Part shown: positions 27,585 through 41,622 of the stretch, one piece after another | Numbering within the stretch: position 1 is the stretch's first letter | Layout: every line of letters starts with the position of its first letter | From: the human T2T-CHM13v2.0 reference genome, Homo sapiens | Strand: one strand, 5' to 3' | DNA: 64,000 nucleotides | Assembly: GCF_009914755.1 (NCBI RefSeq) | Contig: NC_060926.1 | Made by a program: the position numbers and the translations under genes | The notes under the pieces: model-generated | What the model saw: the letters and a program-made list of their open reading frames with translations, nothing else | Database searches by the model: none | Told to the model about the DNA's origin: nothing

Positions 27585-27770
27585 TATATTAAGAGTCAAC
27601 TACATGCCAGGCACTCTGCCTGCAATAACTCATGCCATGTTCACAATAACCTCGCAGCTGAGTTAGTATTGTCTCCATTTTCCAGATGAAGAAGGAAGGA
27701 TCTCAGAGAAGGCACAGTTTCAAGTGATACTGAGGATCTGAACTCAGGTTTGTGTGTCTCTAAGTCCTGC
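27585..27770 (-). mobile_element. MIR SINE
   Basis: tacatgccaggcactctg...tattgtctccattttccagatgaagaa. Confidence 0.7.
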
Positions 27771-29369
27771 CTTTGCTACTTGCGCTCATTCGTGGATGTA
27801 TCTCTTTTTCATAAATCTCAAGTAAAATTTCAACAATGCTGCAGGTCTAAAGCAATGACTGGGAAACTGCTCTCCACTGGGAGCTCATTCTTCCTCTTCC
27901 TGGTCTTCAAATAATCAGTGTCTGAAGGATGCAGAAGGAAAGTGACTACAGTATCCACCAGTTTTGCCCCCTTTCCTAAAGCATCCTTGAGGTGTGTCAC
28001 TGCACCCTCCCGGCCAAGGTCTCCTCCAGGTCAGTGGGTCTTCTTCGAGGACTATGGTGACAGGGACAGATATCTACCAGGGCTCAGGCGAAGATCATCA
28101 AGCTCTGGTGACCAAAGCCAGAGGTGAACTCTGGGCCGCAGAAATGAAAGGTCGGCAGTCAGCCCATATTCCCCTGTTCCTGCCCCGCTCCACAGGGCAA
28201 CAGACAGCCCCGAAACTCAGAAGCCATAATCACTGCTCTCTGAAGCCATTTCAAATGCATCTGACCGCCCAGGTTTAATTCATCACCTTTGAGGTTTCAG
28301 GAGATGACCCGACCCTGGGCTGCAGACCCGAGGCTCACCTTCAAGGACACAGGCACGAAATACGACACCACTCCCCCTCCCCGCATCCTCCAGTCAATCC
28401 CCAAGGCCTCAGACAGCCACAGGACCCCAGGAGGGGGATGCAGACAGGCCTGACCAGGCACAGGAGGGGGAACATGACCCTCCAGGGCTTCTCATGCCAC
28501 CACATTAAAAAAAATGTGGACTAGGTCATTCATTTCTTCTGGTTTACGAAAAGCAAGTCTGAGAGTCTGGGTGGGAAGGCAACTCAGAGGACAGTCCCCA
28601 AGGTACAGAAACCCAGACAGCCCCTGTGGGTGGGGGGGGGGGGACGGACGTGCTGTTTGACAAAGGTGTCATGTGATATTAAACATGGTCTCGGAACTGC
28701 GAACACTGACCTTCGCCCCTGCCAGCCCTGCCCTTTCTCGCCCCTGCTCCCCCATTTCAAATCTGAAATGTAGATTTGGCCTGGATACAAAATACCTTCC
28801 TCTAACCAGGACTGAACGTTTGCACACCCTGAATGCATTGAAATGATACAATGCCGGGGTCAGAGTAACACAAAATACTAGGACCACTAGACATAACACA
28901 GACTCTTTATTTCTAAACACCACTATAGCAGTTGGCAGTCCCCAACCCCCACCTCCAACCCAAGTCTCAAATGTAAGAGAATTTTCACTTTATCTCCTCG
29001 GGCTTGTTTTCCCTTCACTCTCCTTATTCATTCCATGTCCTTGTATTTTATTTTTCCTTTTATTAAAAAATATATATATCAGTGCCTTCTCTAGAGCCCT
29101 CCTTTTTAAAACAGCACAAGAAGGCACCTTAAGGGAGGCTGTGGAAATCTGTTTGCAACTTTCTAGATGTAATTCTAAACCACAAGGAAGAATATCCTTC
29201 CGCCTGTGCAGCTAAAAAATTTAAGAAACCACAACAGCTTTTCTCACTCAGACGCAGGACACCTCCTCCAGCTGAAAAACTAGATTCTGAAAAGAAGGAA
29301 TTGTAGGAAAACTAACCAAAAAGAGGATAACTTCTCCAAAACACTCACCTTTGAGTTTGGAGCACCCTG

Positions 29370-29637
29370 TTGAGTGTATATCTGTGTGTGTGCATTTGAG
29401 TGTGTGGACGCGAGTATGCATGAGTGTATCTTTGTGCAAGTAAGTGTATGTATGTGTGGATGAGCAAATGTGTATGTGCAAGTGTACATACATGTGTATA
29501 TGAGAATGTGTGCATGCATGTGAGTTTACGAGTGAGAGTGTGAACATATGTGAGCGGCTGTTCATGCAAGTGAGTGTGTATATGTATGTGTCAGTAGTGA
29601 GTGTATATGTGTGAGCTGAGTGTGCATGTGTATGTCT
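29370..29637. repeat. TG-rich low-complexity (degenerate (TG)n) tract
   Basis: Directly visible. Confidence 0.85.
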
Positions 29638-32059
29638 GGGTTTTTTAGTGCAGAAATACAGCATATGATGAACCAACTAGACTAAGGGTCTCTTGGCTCC
29701 ACCTGGAAGCTACCATACAACCCTTGCTCCTTACCTTAGGGCAAAGGTGAGGCTGAAGTTGCCTGGAGGTATGCGATGAACAAGGACCAGAGAAAAGCAA
29801 GGCAGCGAGCCCTCCGGGGAGTCAGTTCTGTGACTGAAGACACTCTCAACATTTGCAGACTTTGCTGCAGGTCCCAGGAAAGCCTATCACAAGAGGGTAA
29901 GGCTATGGCAAGATGGGCAAGCTCCCTTGAACGGAAGGGTGAGGCTCACAGCACAGCTGTCTGCTGGCGCATCCATTTCCTCAGTTATTACACCTGCCCC
30001 AAGCTCCTGGCTCTTGCAGGAAAATACCGCACTGCATCAGAGGAAAGATGCCCAGGCATAAGTCTGCTGTATTTCTACATTTGTGGGCCAAGAGACTGAT
30101 GCATCCAAACTGCTTCAAGCCTCCTGAAGACCTCATTCCACCATTACCAAAGTATCTCCCCCATCCCTCCCAGGCCCCAGCATTCTAGCCACCAAATGAC
30201 ACCAGACTTCAGAATTAAATTTTCCTTTTTTTCCCAATAAATCTATAGTCTTCACTACCCCCTTATATTTTCTAATCTCCTAAACTCATTTAATTATGCC
30301 CAGAGTAATTAAACTTGCTATCAGGGGGCATCTGGAAGGAAAGTTAATACATTTTAATTTTACTTATACAATGAATATTCGATCCCACATACAGTGTAGG
30401 GGAAGGCACTGGTACACACACAATCTTGCATAATGGACTCATGGGGATCATGGGTTGCAGGAGGTTGGCAGGGTAGGAGCCAGCAGGATTCACCCAGACA
30501 TGCTAGGAGACAGGGAGCACCGTATGGACGAAGCCTCGGGGTGAAAAGGGATTAGTGAGGAGTATTAAAACTGGGCAGGGTGGGGCCTCAGGAATCTCAG
30601 ACACCCTTTGACCAAAGTTCCCAGGAGTCATACCAGACAAAAATCTTCCTAAGATTTGAGGATTCATGATTCCTTTTAAAAGCAGACAGAGGTAGGGTTA
30701 AAAAAATAATAATAATAATAAGGGGTAGCTAGTACTAACCCTCCCTCCCCAATCAAACTCCGCATGGGGCTTTCTTCCTCTACCTGTCTGACAGGGGAAA
30801 GTGGGCAGGGGCAAACCTCCTCCCAAATTCCCCTTCTGAGAAGGGGTAGGAGGTGGGGTGCTTGTCCGTCACAGGTACACATTGTGTTTCCATCTACATG
30901 CACCATGCCATTCCCCCACTGCTTGTAGACAAAAAGGAATGAGTCAAATAACTGTCAAGTGACTCAACACTTGACAGGCTGTGTGGCCATTATGTGGGTC
31001 CCTTCCATACTGGCTCCTGGTGACTGAAGCCAGCCTCAGTTTTGTCCTCTGTGATGTGAGGACTTGAGCAAGAACCTTGCCAAAGCTCCCCTAGCCAGGA
31101 TACTCTACAATTGCACACCCCTGGCTTCAGGCCTCCCCAGGGAACTTTACCTCCTGGTGAGAAGGGGTTGTGGGCCAAGATCTGCTGGCAGCAGAGCTCC
31201 CCAGCATGGGCCATTAATCCACATGGGGACAGTTAGCATAACTGAAATTTAATCAAATAAATGGCTAAAACTTAATTGTTAAGTGGGAGTTTGCCTGTGC
31301 CATCTCACAGATGGCATGCTCCCTAATCCTACAGCTTACTGCACGGCTAGACACCATCCGAGGGACAGGGTAGGACCGAGACAGCTCCTGCTCACCTCCC
31401 AGTTGGCCCCACACCATGCACACTCAGGTCCTGGTGAGGCCACTTGTCACCAGAAGGCCCATTATGCTAACATGCAACTAAGATAAAATGGATAACTCTT
31501 AAGGGGGCAAAAGATCCCTCGTGGGAAAGGCTCATGGTAAGAGAACGCACCTCCCTGGAAACAGATGTCTTGGTCCTATAACACAAATTGCAGTATCACA
31601 TCCCCAAAACACAAGCCCTCCCATAAATCATTCAGGGGAGCCTGTTTCGTTTTCCTGTTCTGATGAAAGTGACCTGCATGTGGGGCTCAAGGCCAAAAGC
31701 ACTGCCACACTCGAGCAACTCCACACTTCCCCACGGCTTACTGTAAAGATGCTGACCAAAACCACCAGGGCTGGAACCGCTGCCCTGCCCAACCTGTAGA
31801 AGTTGGCATTCCCCAGGGTTCTGCCCACAGGCTGAGCCCCTGCCCTTCCCCCTCCTCCTTTGCCAATCCTACCAAGTGCTCAATGCCCACCCACGTTGGT
31901 CTCCTTTCTCCCACCTTTCTTGGATCATCTCACACAGAGTTGGGGGCTCCAGGTCCCATTTTTTATCTTCTATAGTGCCCAGTCTATGGCTCTGGTTTGG
32001 GCATTCTCTCTGACTCTAACTTGCGTTGTTTGTTTCACACAAACATGTTCTCTCTCCAC

Positions 32060-33925
<1,866 letters not shown>

Positions 33926-35140
33926 CTCTCCCTGTTATGTTTTAAGCTCCTGGAGGACAAGGAACCTATCTTGCATTTCCCCATGGTTCCTGAGCCATAG
34001 TAAACTATGTGCTTATCTCTGGCAATGCGGCTGTGATTGGGGGCGGGGAGGGTGAAAGCCAAGCGAGAGAGGGTAAAGCAGAAGGCAAGGAATGGTGTAG
34101 AGTCACAGGCAGACGTGAGGATGATGAATGCGAACTCTCGGCTGGTGTCATGTATTCTGGCAGTGGCACAAGGAAGTGGTGACTCGGGAGAGGCCAGTTT
34201 TCTTCTCATAGCCAAGGTCACTGTTTCACAATCAGGGAAAGTTGCAAGATCCCCAGAACTTGAGATTTCTAGGACAAGCTAGGGTTCCTAGAGTCTGGGA
34301 TCTGGTGAACAATCGCCAAAGAATAGAATGGAAGTTGATTTCATGTCTGTCTGACTTTAGCTTCCTTCTAGAAAGAGCTAGAAAGGTCTCAGAGATCATC
34401 TAGTCCACATTTTATAGATGAGCAAAACAAGAACTGGAAAGACTGAGGTCACAGAGTTAAACAGTGAATTGGTAGCACCCTAAGACTACGAAAAAAATCA
34501 GGTCTTCTGTCCTCAAGGCTGTTGACCTTTTGGCTACATCACATCTCCCCCCACTTTTTTTTTTTTTTAGTAATGTTTGTCCTCTCCTGTCTGTCACCAG
34601 AGCCATTTACGTCACAGAACTGGAGCTCTTAGAAGTCAATCAGTTGGCTGTGCCAGAAAGTCAGAATTTGGTCTTCAAGTCCCCCCGATGCCTCCTCCTT
34701 TCCTGTGCATCTATCAACACAAGACATTATTAAGAAAGCTTAGTGACTTCTCATCAAAATCCCCTCTATAACCAGACTCCCTTTCCCTGCCATTTGCTTC
34801 AAGCCAGCTTTGGCCTTCCCAGGTATTTTGGTGAGATGGGATGGGCTATAAACCAGAAATCAGGGACATGGTTTTTAAACCACCTATTCCTTACTCATCA
34901 GGCAAATCACTGAACTTCTCCACCCATGGTTTTCTCTCTCAAATGAGGACGGTAATACTCACCCTATCTGCTTGAAGGCTTATAAGAACACAGTGAAAAT
35001 AGAGCAGAAGTCCCCTCCAATGCCTACAAGGTGGCATATAATGGAAGATACAGGGAAGAAGATAACACACTCCAGAAACAAACTTTTTCTGAAACCTCAC
35101 TGCCAGAAGCAGGAATTACAAAGGAGATTTATGGGTACAT

Positions 35141-35541
35141 TGTCAGGCCTCTGAGCCCAACCTAAGCCATCATATCCCCTGTGACCTGCATGTATACATC
35201 CAGATGGCCTGAAGTAACTGAAGAATCACAAAAGAAGTGAAAATGACTTGTTCCTGCCTTAACTGATGACATCACCTTGTGAAATTCCTTCTCCTGGCTC
35301 ATCCTGGCTCAAAAGCTCCCCCACTGAGCACCTTGTGACCCCCGCCCCTGCCCGCCAGAGAACAACCCCCTTTGACTGTAATTTTCCATCACCTTCCCAA
35401 ATCCTATAAAATGGCCCCACCCCTATCTCCCCTCACTGACTCTCTTTTCAGATTCAGCCCGCCTGCACCCAGGTGAAATAAACAGCTTTATTGCTCACAC
35501 AAAGCCTGTTTGGTGGTCTCTTCACAGGGACATGCATGAAA
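35141..35541 (+). promoter_or_regulatory. HERV-H 5' LTR (type II / LTR7B-like)
   Basis: tgtcaggcctctgag...gcatgaaa; U3 has ctcctggctcatcctggctcaaaagctccccc; TATA (cctataaa) and AATAAA present. Confidence 0.85.
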
Positions 35542-35543
35542 TT

Positions 35544-35561
35544 TGGTGCCGTGACTCGGAT
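35544..35561 (+). other. Primer binding site for tRNA-His
   Basis: TGGTGCCGTGACTCGGAT is complementary to the tRNA-His 3' end. Confidence 0.95.
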
Positions 35562-35684
35562 CGGGGGACCTCCCTTGGGAGATCAATCCCCTGTCCTCCT
35601 GCTCTTTGCTCCATGAGAAAGATCCACCTATGACCTCAGGTCCTCAGACCGACCAGCCGAAGAAACATCTCACCAATTTCAAAT

Positions 35685-35693
35685 CCGGTAAGC
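35685..35693 (+). promoter_or_regulatory. HERV-H leader splice donor
   Basis: CCG|GTAAGC about 145 nt after the LTR, the usual position of the HERV-H major donor. Confidence 0.75.
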
Positions 35694-35978
35694 GGCCTCT
35701 TTTTACTCTCTTCTCCAACCTCCCTCACTATCCCTCAACCTCTTTCTCCTTTCAATCTTGGCGCCACACTTCAATCTCTCCCTTCTCTTAATTTCAATTC
35801 CTTTCATTTTCTGGTAGAGACAAAAGAGACATGTTTTATCCGTGAACCCAAAACTCCGGCGCCAGTCACGGACTGGGAAGGCAGCCTTCCCTTGATGTTT
35901 AATCATTGCAGGGACGCCTCTCTGATTATATACCCACGTTTCAAGGGTGTCAGACCACGCAGGGACGCCTGCCTTGGT

Positions 35979-36527
35979 CCTTCACCCTTAGCGGCAAGTC
36001 CCGCTTTCCTGGGGCAGGGGCAAGTACCCCAACCCCTTCTCCTTCAACCTCAGCAGCAAGTCCCGCTTTCCTGGGGCAGGGGCAAGTACCCCTCAACCCC
36101 TTCTCCTTCACCCTCAGCAGCAAGTCCCGCTTTCCTGGGGCAGGGGCAAGTACCCCTCAACCCCTTCTCCTTCACCCTCAGCAGCAAGTCCCGCTTTCCT
36201 GGGGCAGGGGCAAGTACCCCTCAACCCCTTCTTCACGCTCAGTGGCAAGTCCCACTTTCCTGAGGCAGGGGCAAGTACCCCTCAACCCCTTCTCCTTCAC
36301 CCTCAGCGGCAAGTCCCGCTTTCCTGGGGCAGGGGCAACTACCCCTCAACCCCTTCTCCTTCACCCTCAGCGGCAAGTCCTGCTTTCCTGAGGCAGGGGC
36401 AACTACCCCTCAACCCCTTCTCCTTCACCCTCAGCGGCAAGTCCTGCTTTCCTGGGGCAGGGGCAACTACCCCTCAACCCCTTCTCCTTCACCCTCAGCG
36501 GCAAGTCCCGCTTTCCTAGGGGGCAAG
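35979..36527. repeat. 64-bp tandem repeat, about 8.5 units, in HERV-H leader
   Basis: caagtcc anchors at 35995, 36057, 36121, 36185, 36246, 36310, 36374, 36438, 36502. Confidence 0.95.
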
Positions 36528-37712
36528 AAACCCCCAATCGCTTATTTCCACACCCCAGCCTCTTATCTCTGCACCCCAATCCCTTATTTCCACACCCTGA
36601 CCTCTTATCTCTGTGCCCCAATCCCTTATTTCTGTGCCCCAACCCCTTCTCTGCTTTTCTGGGGGGCAAGAACCCCCCACCCCTTCTCTGTGTCTCTACT
36701 TTTTTCTGGGCTTGCCTCCTTCACTATGGGTAAGCTTCCACCTTCCATTCCTCCTTTTTCTCCCTTAGCCTGTGTTCTCAAAAACTTAAAACCTCTTCAA
36801 CTCACACCTGACCTAAAACCTAAATGCCTTATTTTCTTCTGCAATGCCGCTTGACTCCAATACAAGCTCGACAGTAGTTCCAAATAGCCGGAAAACGGCA
36901 CTTTCAATTTTTCCATCCTACAATATCTAAATAATTCTTGTCGTAAAAGGGGCAAATGGTCTGAGGTGCCTGACGTCCAGGCATTCCTTTACACATCAGT
37001 CCCTTCCTAGTCTCTGCCCAGTGCAACTTGTCCCAAATCTTCCTTCTTTCCTTCCCGCCTGTCCCCTCAGTCCCAACCCCAAGTGTCGCTGAGTCTTTCT
37101 AATCTTCCTTTTCTACAGACCCATGTGACCTCTCCCCTCCTCACCAGCCCAAGCTAGGTCCCAATTCTTCCTCAGCCTCCGCTCCTCCACCCTGTAATCT
37201 TTTTATCGCCTCCCCTCCTCACACCTGGTCAGGCTTACAGTTTCGTTCCGTGACTAGCCCTCCCCCACCTGCCCAGCAATTCACTCTTAAAAAGGTGGCT
37301 GGAGCCAAAGGTATAGTCAAGGTTAATGCTCCTTTTTCCTTATCCCAAATCAGATAGCGTTTAGGCTCTTTTTCATCAAATATAAAAATCCAGCCCAGTT
37401 CATGGCTTGTTTGGCAGCAACCCTGAGATACTTTACAGCCCTAGACCCTAAAAGGTCAAGTGCCATCTTATTCTCAATATACATTTTATTACCCAATCTG
37501 CTCCCGACATTAAATAAAACTCCAAAAATTAAATTCCGGCCCTCAAACCCCACAACAGGATTTAATTAACCTCGCCTTCAAGGTGTACAATAATAGAAAA
37601 AAGTTGCAATTCCTTGCCCCCACTGTGAGACAAACCCCAGCCACATCTCCAGCACACAAGAACTTCCAAACGCCTGAACTGAGTTCCTCCAGAACCTCCT
37701 TCCCCAGGAGCT

Positions 37713-37754
37713 TGCTACAAGTGCCAGAAATCTGACCACCAGGCCAAGGAATGC
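37713..37754 (+). pseudogene. gag: HERV-H gag nucleocapsid CCHC zinc-knuckle remnant
   Basis: Translates to CYKCQKSDHQAKEC and is followed shortly by a stop. Confidence 0.8.
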
Positions 37755-37976
37755 CTGTAGCCCAGGATTCCTTCTAAGCTGTGTCCCATCTGTGCGGGAC
37801 CCCACTGGAAACTGGACTGTTCAACTCACCTGGCAGCCACTCCCAGAGCCCCTGGAACTCTGGCCCAAGGCTCTCTGACTGACTCCTTCTCGGCTTAGCG
37901 GCTGAAGACTGTTGCTGCCCGATCGCCTCGGAAGCCCCGTAGACCATCACGGACGCCGAGCTTCCAGTAACTCACA

Positions 37977-38336
37977 GTGAAAGGTAAGCCCGTCCCCTTC
38001 TTAATCAATACGGAGGCTACCCACTCCACATTACCTTCTTTTCAAGGGCCTGTTTCCCTTGCCTCCATAACTGTTGTGGGTATTGACAGCCAGGCTTCTA
38101 AACCTCTTAATACTCCCCAACTCTGGTGCCAACTTAGACAATACTCTTTTATGCACTCTTTTTTAGTTATCCCCACCTGCCCAGTTCCCTTATTAGGCCG
38201 AGATATTTTAACCAAATTATCTGCTTCCCTGACTATTCCTGGACTACAGCTGCATCTCATTGCTGCCCTTCTTCCCAATCCAAAGCCTCCTTTGCGTCCT
38301 CCTCTTGTATTCCCCCACCTTAACCCACAAGTATAA
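37977..38336 (+). pseudogene. pro: HERV-H protease remnant
   Basis: ORF contains FLINTEATHS (catalytic DTG replaced by NTE) and PVPLLGRDIL. Confidence 0.85.
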
Positions 38337-38354
38337 GAGACCTCTACTCCCTCC

Positions 38355-39420
38355 TTGGCGACTGATCATGCACCCCTTACCATCTCATTAAAACCTAATC
38401 ACCCTTACCCCACTCAACGCCAATATCCTATCCCACAGCACGCTTTAAAAGGATTAAAGCCTGTGATCACTCGCCTGCTACAGCACCGGCTTCTAAAACC
38501 TATAAACTCCTTACCATTCCCCCATTTTACCTGTCCTAAAACCAGACAAGGTTTACAAGTTAGTTCAGAATCTGCGCCTTATCAACCAAATTGTTTTGCC
38601 TATCCACCCCGTGATGCCAAACCCATATACTCTCCTGTCCTCAATACCTCCCTCTACTACCCATTATTCTGTTCTGGATCTCAAACATGCTTTCTTTACT
38701 ATTCCTTTGCACCCTTCATCCCAGCCTCTCTTTGCCTTCACTTAGACTGACCCTGACACCCATTTGGCTTAGCAAATTACCTGGGCTGTACTGCCGCAAG
38801 GCTTCACAGACAGCCCCCATTACTTCAGTCAAGCCCAAATTTCATCCTCATCTGTTACCTATCTCGGCATAATTCTCATAAAAACACACATGCTCTCCCT
38901 GCTGATCGTGTCCGATTAATCTCCCAAACCTCAATCCCTTACAAAAGAACAACTCCTTTCCTTCCTAGGCATGGTTAGTGCAGTCAGAATTCTTACACAA
39001 GAGCCAGGACCACACCGTGTAGCCTTTCTGTCCAAACAACTTGACCTTACTGTTTTAGCCTAGCCCTCATGTCTGCGTGCAGCGGCTGCCACTGCTTTAA
39101 TACTGTTAGAGGCCCTAAAAATCACAAACTATGCTCAACTCACTCTCTATAGCTCTCATAATTTCCAAAATCTATTTTCTTCCTCACACCTGACACATAC
39201 ACTTTCTGCTCCCCGGCTCCTTCAGCTGTACTCACTCTTTGTTGAGTCTCCCACAATTACCATTGTTCCTGGCCCGGACTTCAATCCGGCCTCCCACATT
39301 ATTCCGGATACCACACCTGACCCTCATGACTGTATCTCTCTGATCCACCTGATATTCACCCCATTTCCCCATATTTCCTTCTTTCCTGTTCCTCACCCTG
39401 ATCACGCTTGCCTCATGCTA
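38355..39420 (+). pseudogene. pol: HERV-H pol (RT/connection) remnant, frameshifted and deleted
   Basis: QYPIPQ, YSVLDLKHAFF and TWAVLPQGFTDSP motifs across frames with stops; no YxDD visible. Confidence 0.85.
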
Positions 39421-39846
39421 TCCCCAAACTGCCATTCTTAACTCTTGAAGTAAATGAATAATCTTTGCTGGCAGGACTATGCTGAATGTCCTTAGGCACT
39501 CTCTAATCAGATGTCCTGAGTCGTCCCAATTCTTAGACCTTTTATACCTTTTTTTTTCCTTCTCTTATTCCATTTAGTTTTTCAATTCATACAAAACCGT
39601 ATCCAGGCCATCACCAATAATTCTACACGACAAATGTTTCTTCTAACAACCCCACAATATCACCCCTTACCACAAAATCTTCCTTCAGCTTAATCTCTCC
39701 CACGTTAGGTTCCCACACTGCCCCTAATCCCGTTGAAGCAGCCCTGAGAAACATCGCCCATTCTCTCTCCATACCACCCCCCAAAAATTTTCGCCACTTC
39801 AACACTATTTTGTTTTATTTGTCTTATTAATATAAGAAAGCAGGAA

Positions 39847-40316
39847 TGTCAGGCCTCTGAGCCCAGGCCAGGCCATCGCATCCCCTGTGACTTGCACGTA
39901 TACATCCAGATGGCCTGAAGTAACTGAAGATCCACAAAAGAAGTAAAAACAGCCTTAACTGATGACATTCCACCATTGTGATTTGTTCCTGCCCCACCCT
40001 AACTGATCAATGTACTTTGTAATCTCCCCCACCCTTAAGAAGGTACTTTGTAGTCTCCCCCACCCTTAAGAAGGTTCTTTGTAATTCTCCCCACCCTTGA
40101 GAATGTACTTTGTGAGATCCACCCCTGCCCACCAGAGAACAACCCCCTTTGACTAATTTTCCATTACCTTCCCAAATCCTATAAAATGGCCCCACCCCTA
40201 TCTCCCTTCACTGACTCTCTTTTCTTACTCAGCCCGCCTGCACCCAGGTGAAATAAACAGCCATGTTGCTCACACAAAGCCTGTTTGGTGGTCTCTTCAC
40301 ACGGAGGTGCATGAAA
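39847..40316 (+). promoter_or_regulatory. HERV-H 3' LTR (type I/Ia; LTR7/LTR7Y-like)
   Basis: U3 has 3-4 tandem ~32-bp repeats tactttgtaatctcccccacccttaagaagg; 470 bp versus 401 bp for the 5' LTR. Confidence 0.85.
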
Positions 40317-41622
40317 GGGTGGACATCCTAACTTTCTACTGATTGCTCCATCTCCATTTCTCTTTCTAGAAATGGAGGCTTCCCAGAAAGTGTTAAGCTC
40401 ACCTTTGCTCTGGTCTTGGAAGCCCCTTTCACTCCCAAATCACTGCACACAGCTCAAGTCCTAAACTTGCAACACTTTTCCTCTACTTCCCAAGTCAGTC
40501 CAGCCAGTGTCCTGGCCCATCTCTTGATAGACATCCAATTGCACCCCTGATTTTCCTGTTCAGTGGCTGACTTAGACACCCCAGGGCTAAATTCCCCCAG
40601 AAGCCAGAAGTTGTTTGTTCATTTAACAGAGTTTTGCACCCACCTAAGTATTATTAAGTGGGAAAGATCCATAAAAGCAATCAGTGATCAATGCTTCATA
40701 TCAAGCACTGACCATTCTAAAAACTCATGGACTTCAAACTCTATCTAGTTCCCAGAGACATGTTCCTTTTGCTTGCTTTTCTCTCCTCTGAAAGGAAAGC
40801 CTGCGTTTTTGCTGAGACTGAACACTGCTCACGTGGTGAAAGCCTTCTTTTTGGTGATGCAGGATTCAACTCTGGTTCCTGGAAGACTCAAAACTCAGTG
40901 AGCCTGGAACTGACCCTAGGCTCTGCTTATCTCTCCTGCTTTGAGCAATTTAATTAGTAAATTAAGATAATACCATTGTTTTTCTAACCACAAATGGCTT
41001 TAAAAAGATCCATGTCGCTAATGGGTAGCTGAATCTCCCTCTAGCCACCTCCCCCACCCACGTCCTAATCTTCCCACCTCCCCCCTCCAAGGAGAACCAT
41101 ACTGTCTTGTCTTTGAGTGAAAGTGCCACATTTCCATGCAAATTGAGTGTCCAGAGTGAATGGGGTGGGGGCGGTGCCCGGACTTTCTCCATGGCTGAGT
41201 TGCTGGAGTATTTGCATAATAAAATGCGTTAACAGCTTGGAATTAATCATTGCTGTTACCCTGAATGGCCTAGGAACTATTTTCCAGGCCCTCTTCTGTG
41301 AAAACTATGGATGCCATTTGTAGGTAATGGAGCCTCTGCATATTTTTCTAATTATCACTACTACATTTTTCTCTGTCTCCAAAATATGCCCCCATCCTAG
41401 AATATCATAAAGTGTTGTAGATAACTGGGAATTTCACGTGATATGAAAATTCTCAAATGCTCAGTAATTTACACTACACATGCCTTTATGCATAAGGATG
41501 ATGTTGGAATAGGATGAGCAAGGTTTGCACAATAGAGTGGACAGAGTAATGACTCTAGTTTGAGTCTTCTTCTATGGTTGATTTAGGGCTAAAACTTGGT
41601 TCCCTCTGCTGTAAAAAAGGGA

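Larger units (their letters stand above)
35141..40316 (+). mobile_element. HERV-H provirus (env-deleted, defective gag-pro-pol)
   Basis: Two LTR7-family LTRs, tRNA-His primer binding site (PBS), gag zinc knuckle, protease and RT remnants, purine-rich PPT before the 3' LTR. Confidence 0.97.

Noticed and set aside
29776-30099. 107-aa ATG ORF (MNKDQRKARQ...) in unique DNA
   Set aside because: No domain I can identify and no clear exon structure; needs BLAST, PhyloCSF or Ribo-seq
35892-36391. Repetitive ORFs in the HERV-H leader
   Set aside because: Products of the 64-bp tandem repeat, not gag
35979-36527. CRISPR-like appearance of regular repeats
   Set aside because: No unique spacers; eukaryotic ERV context
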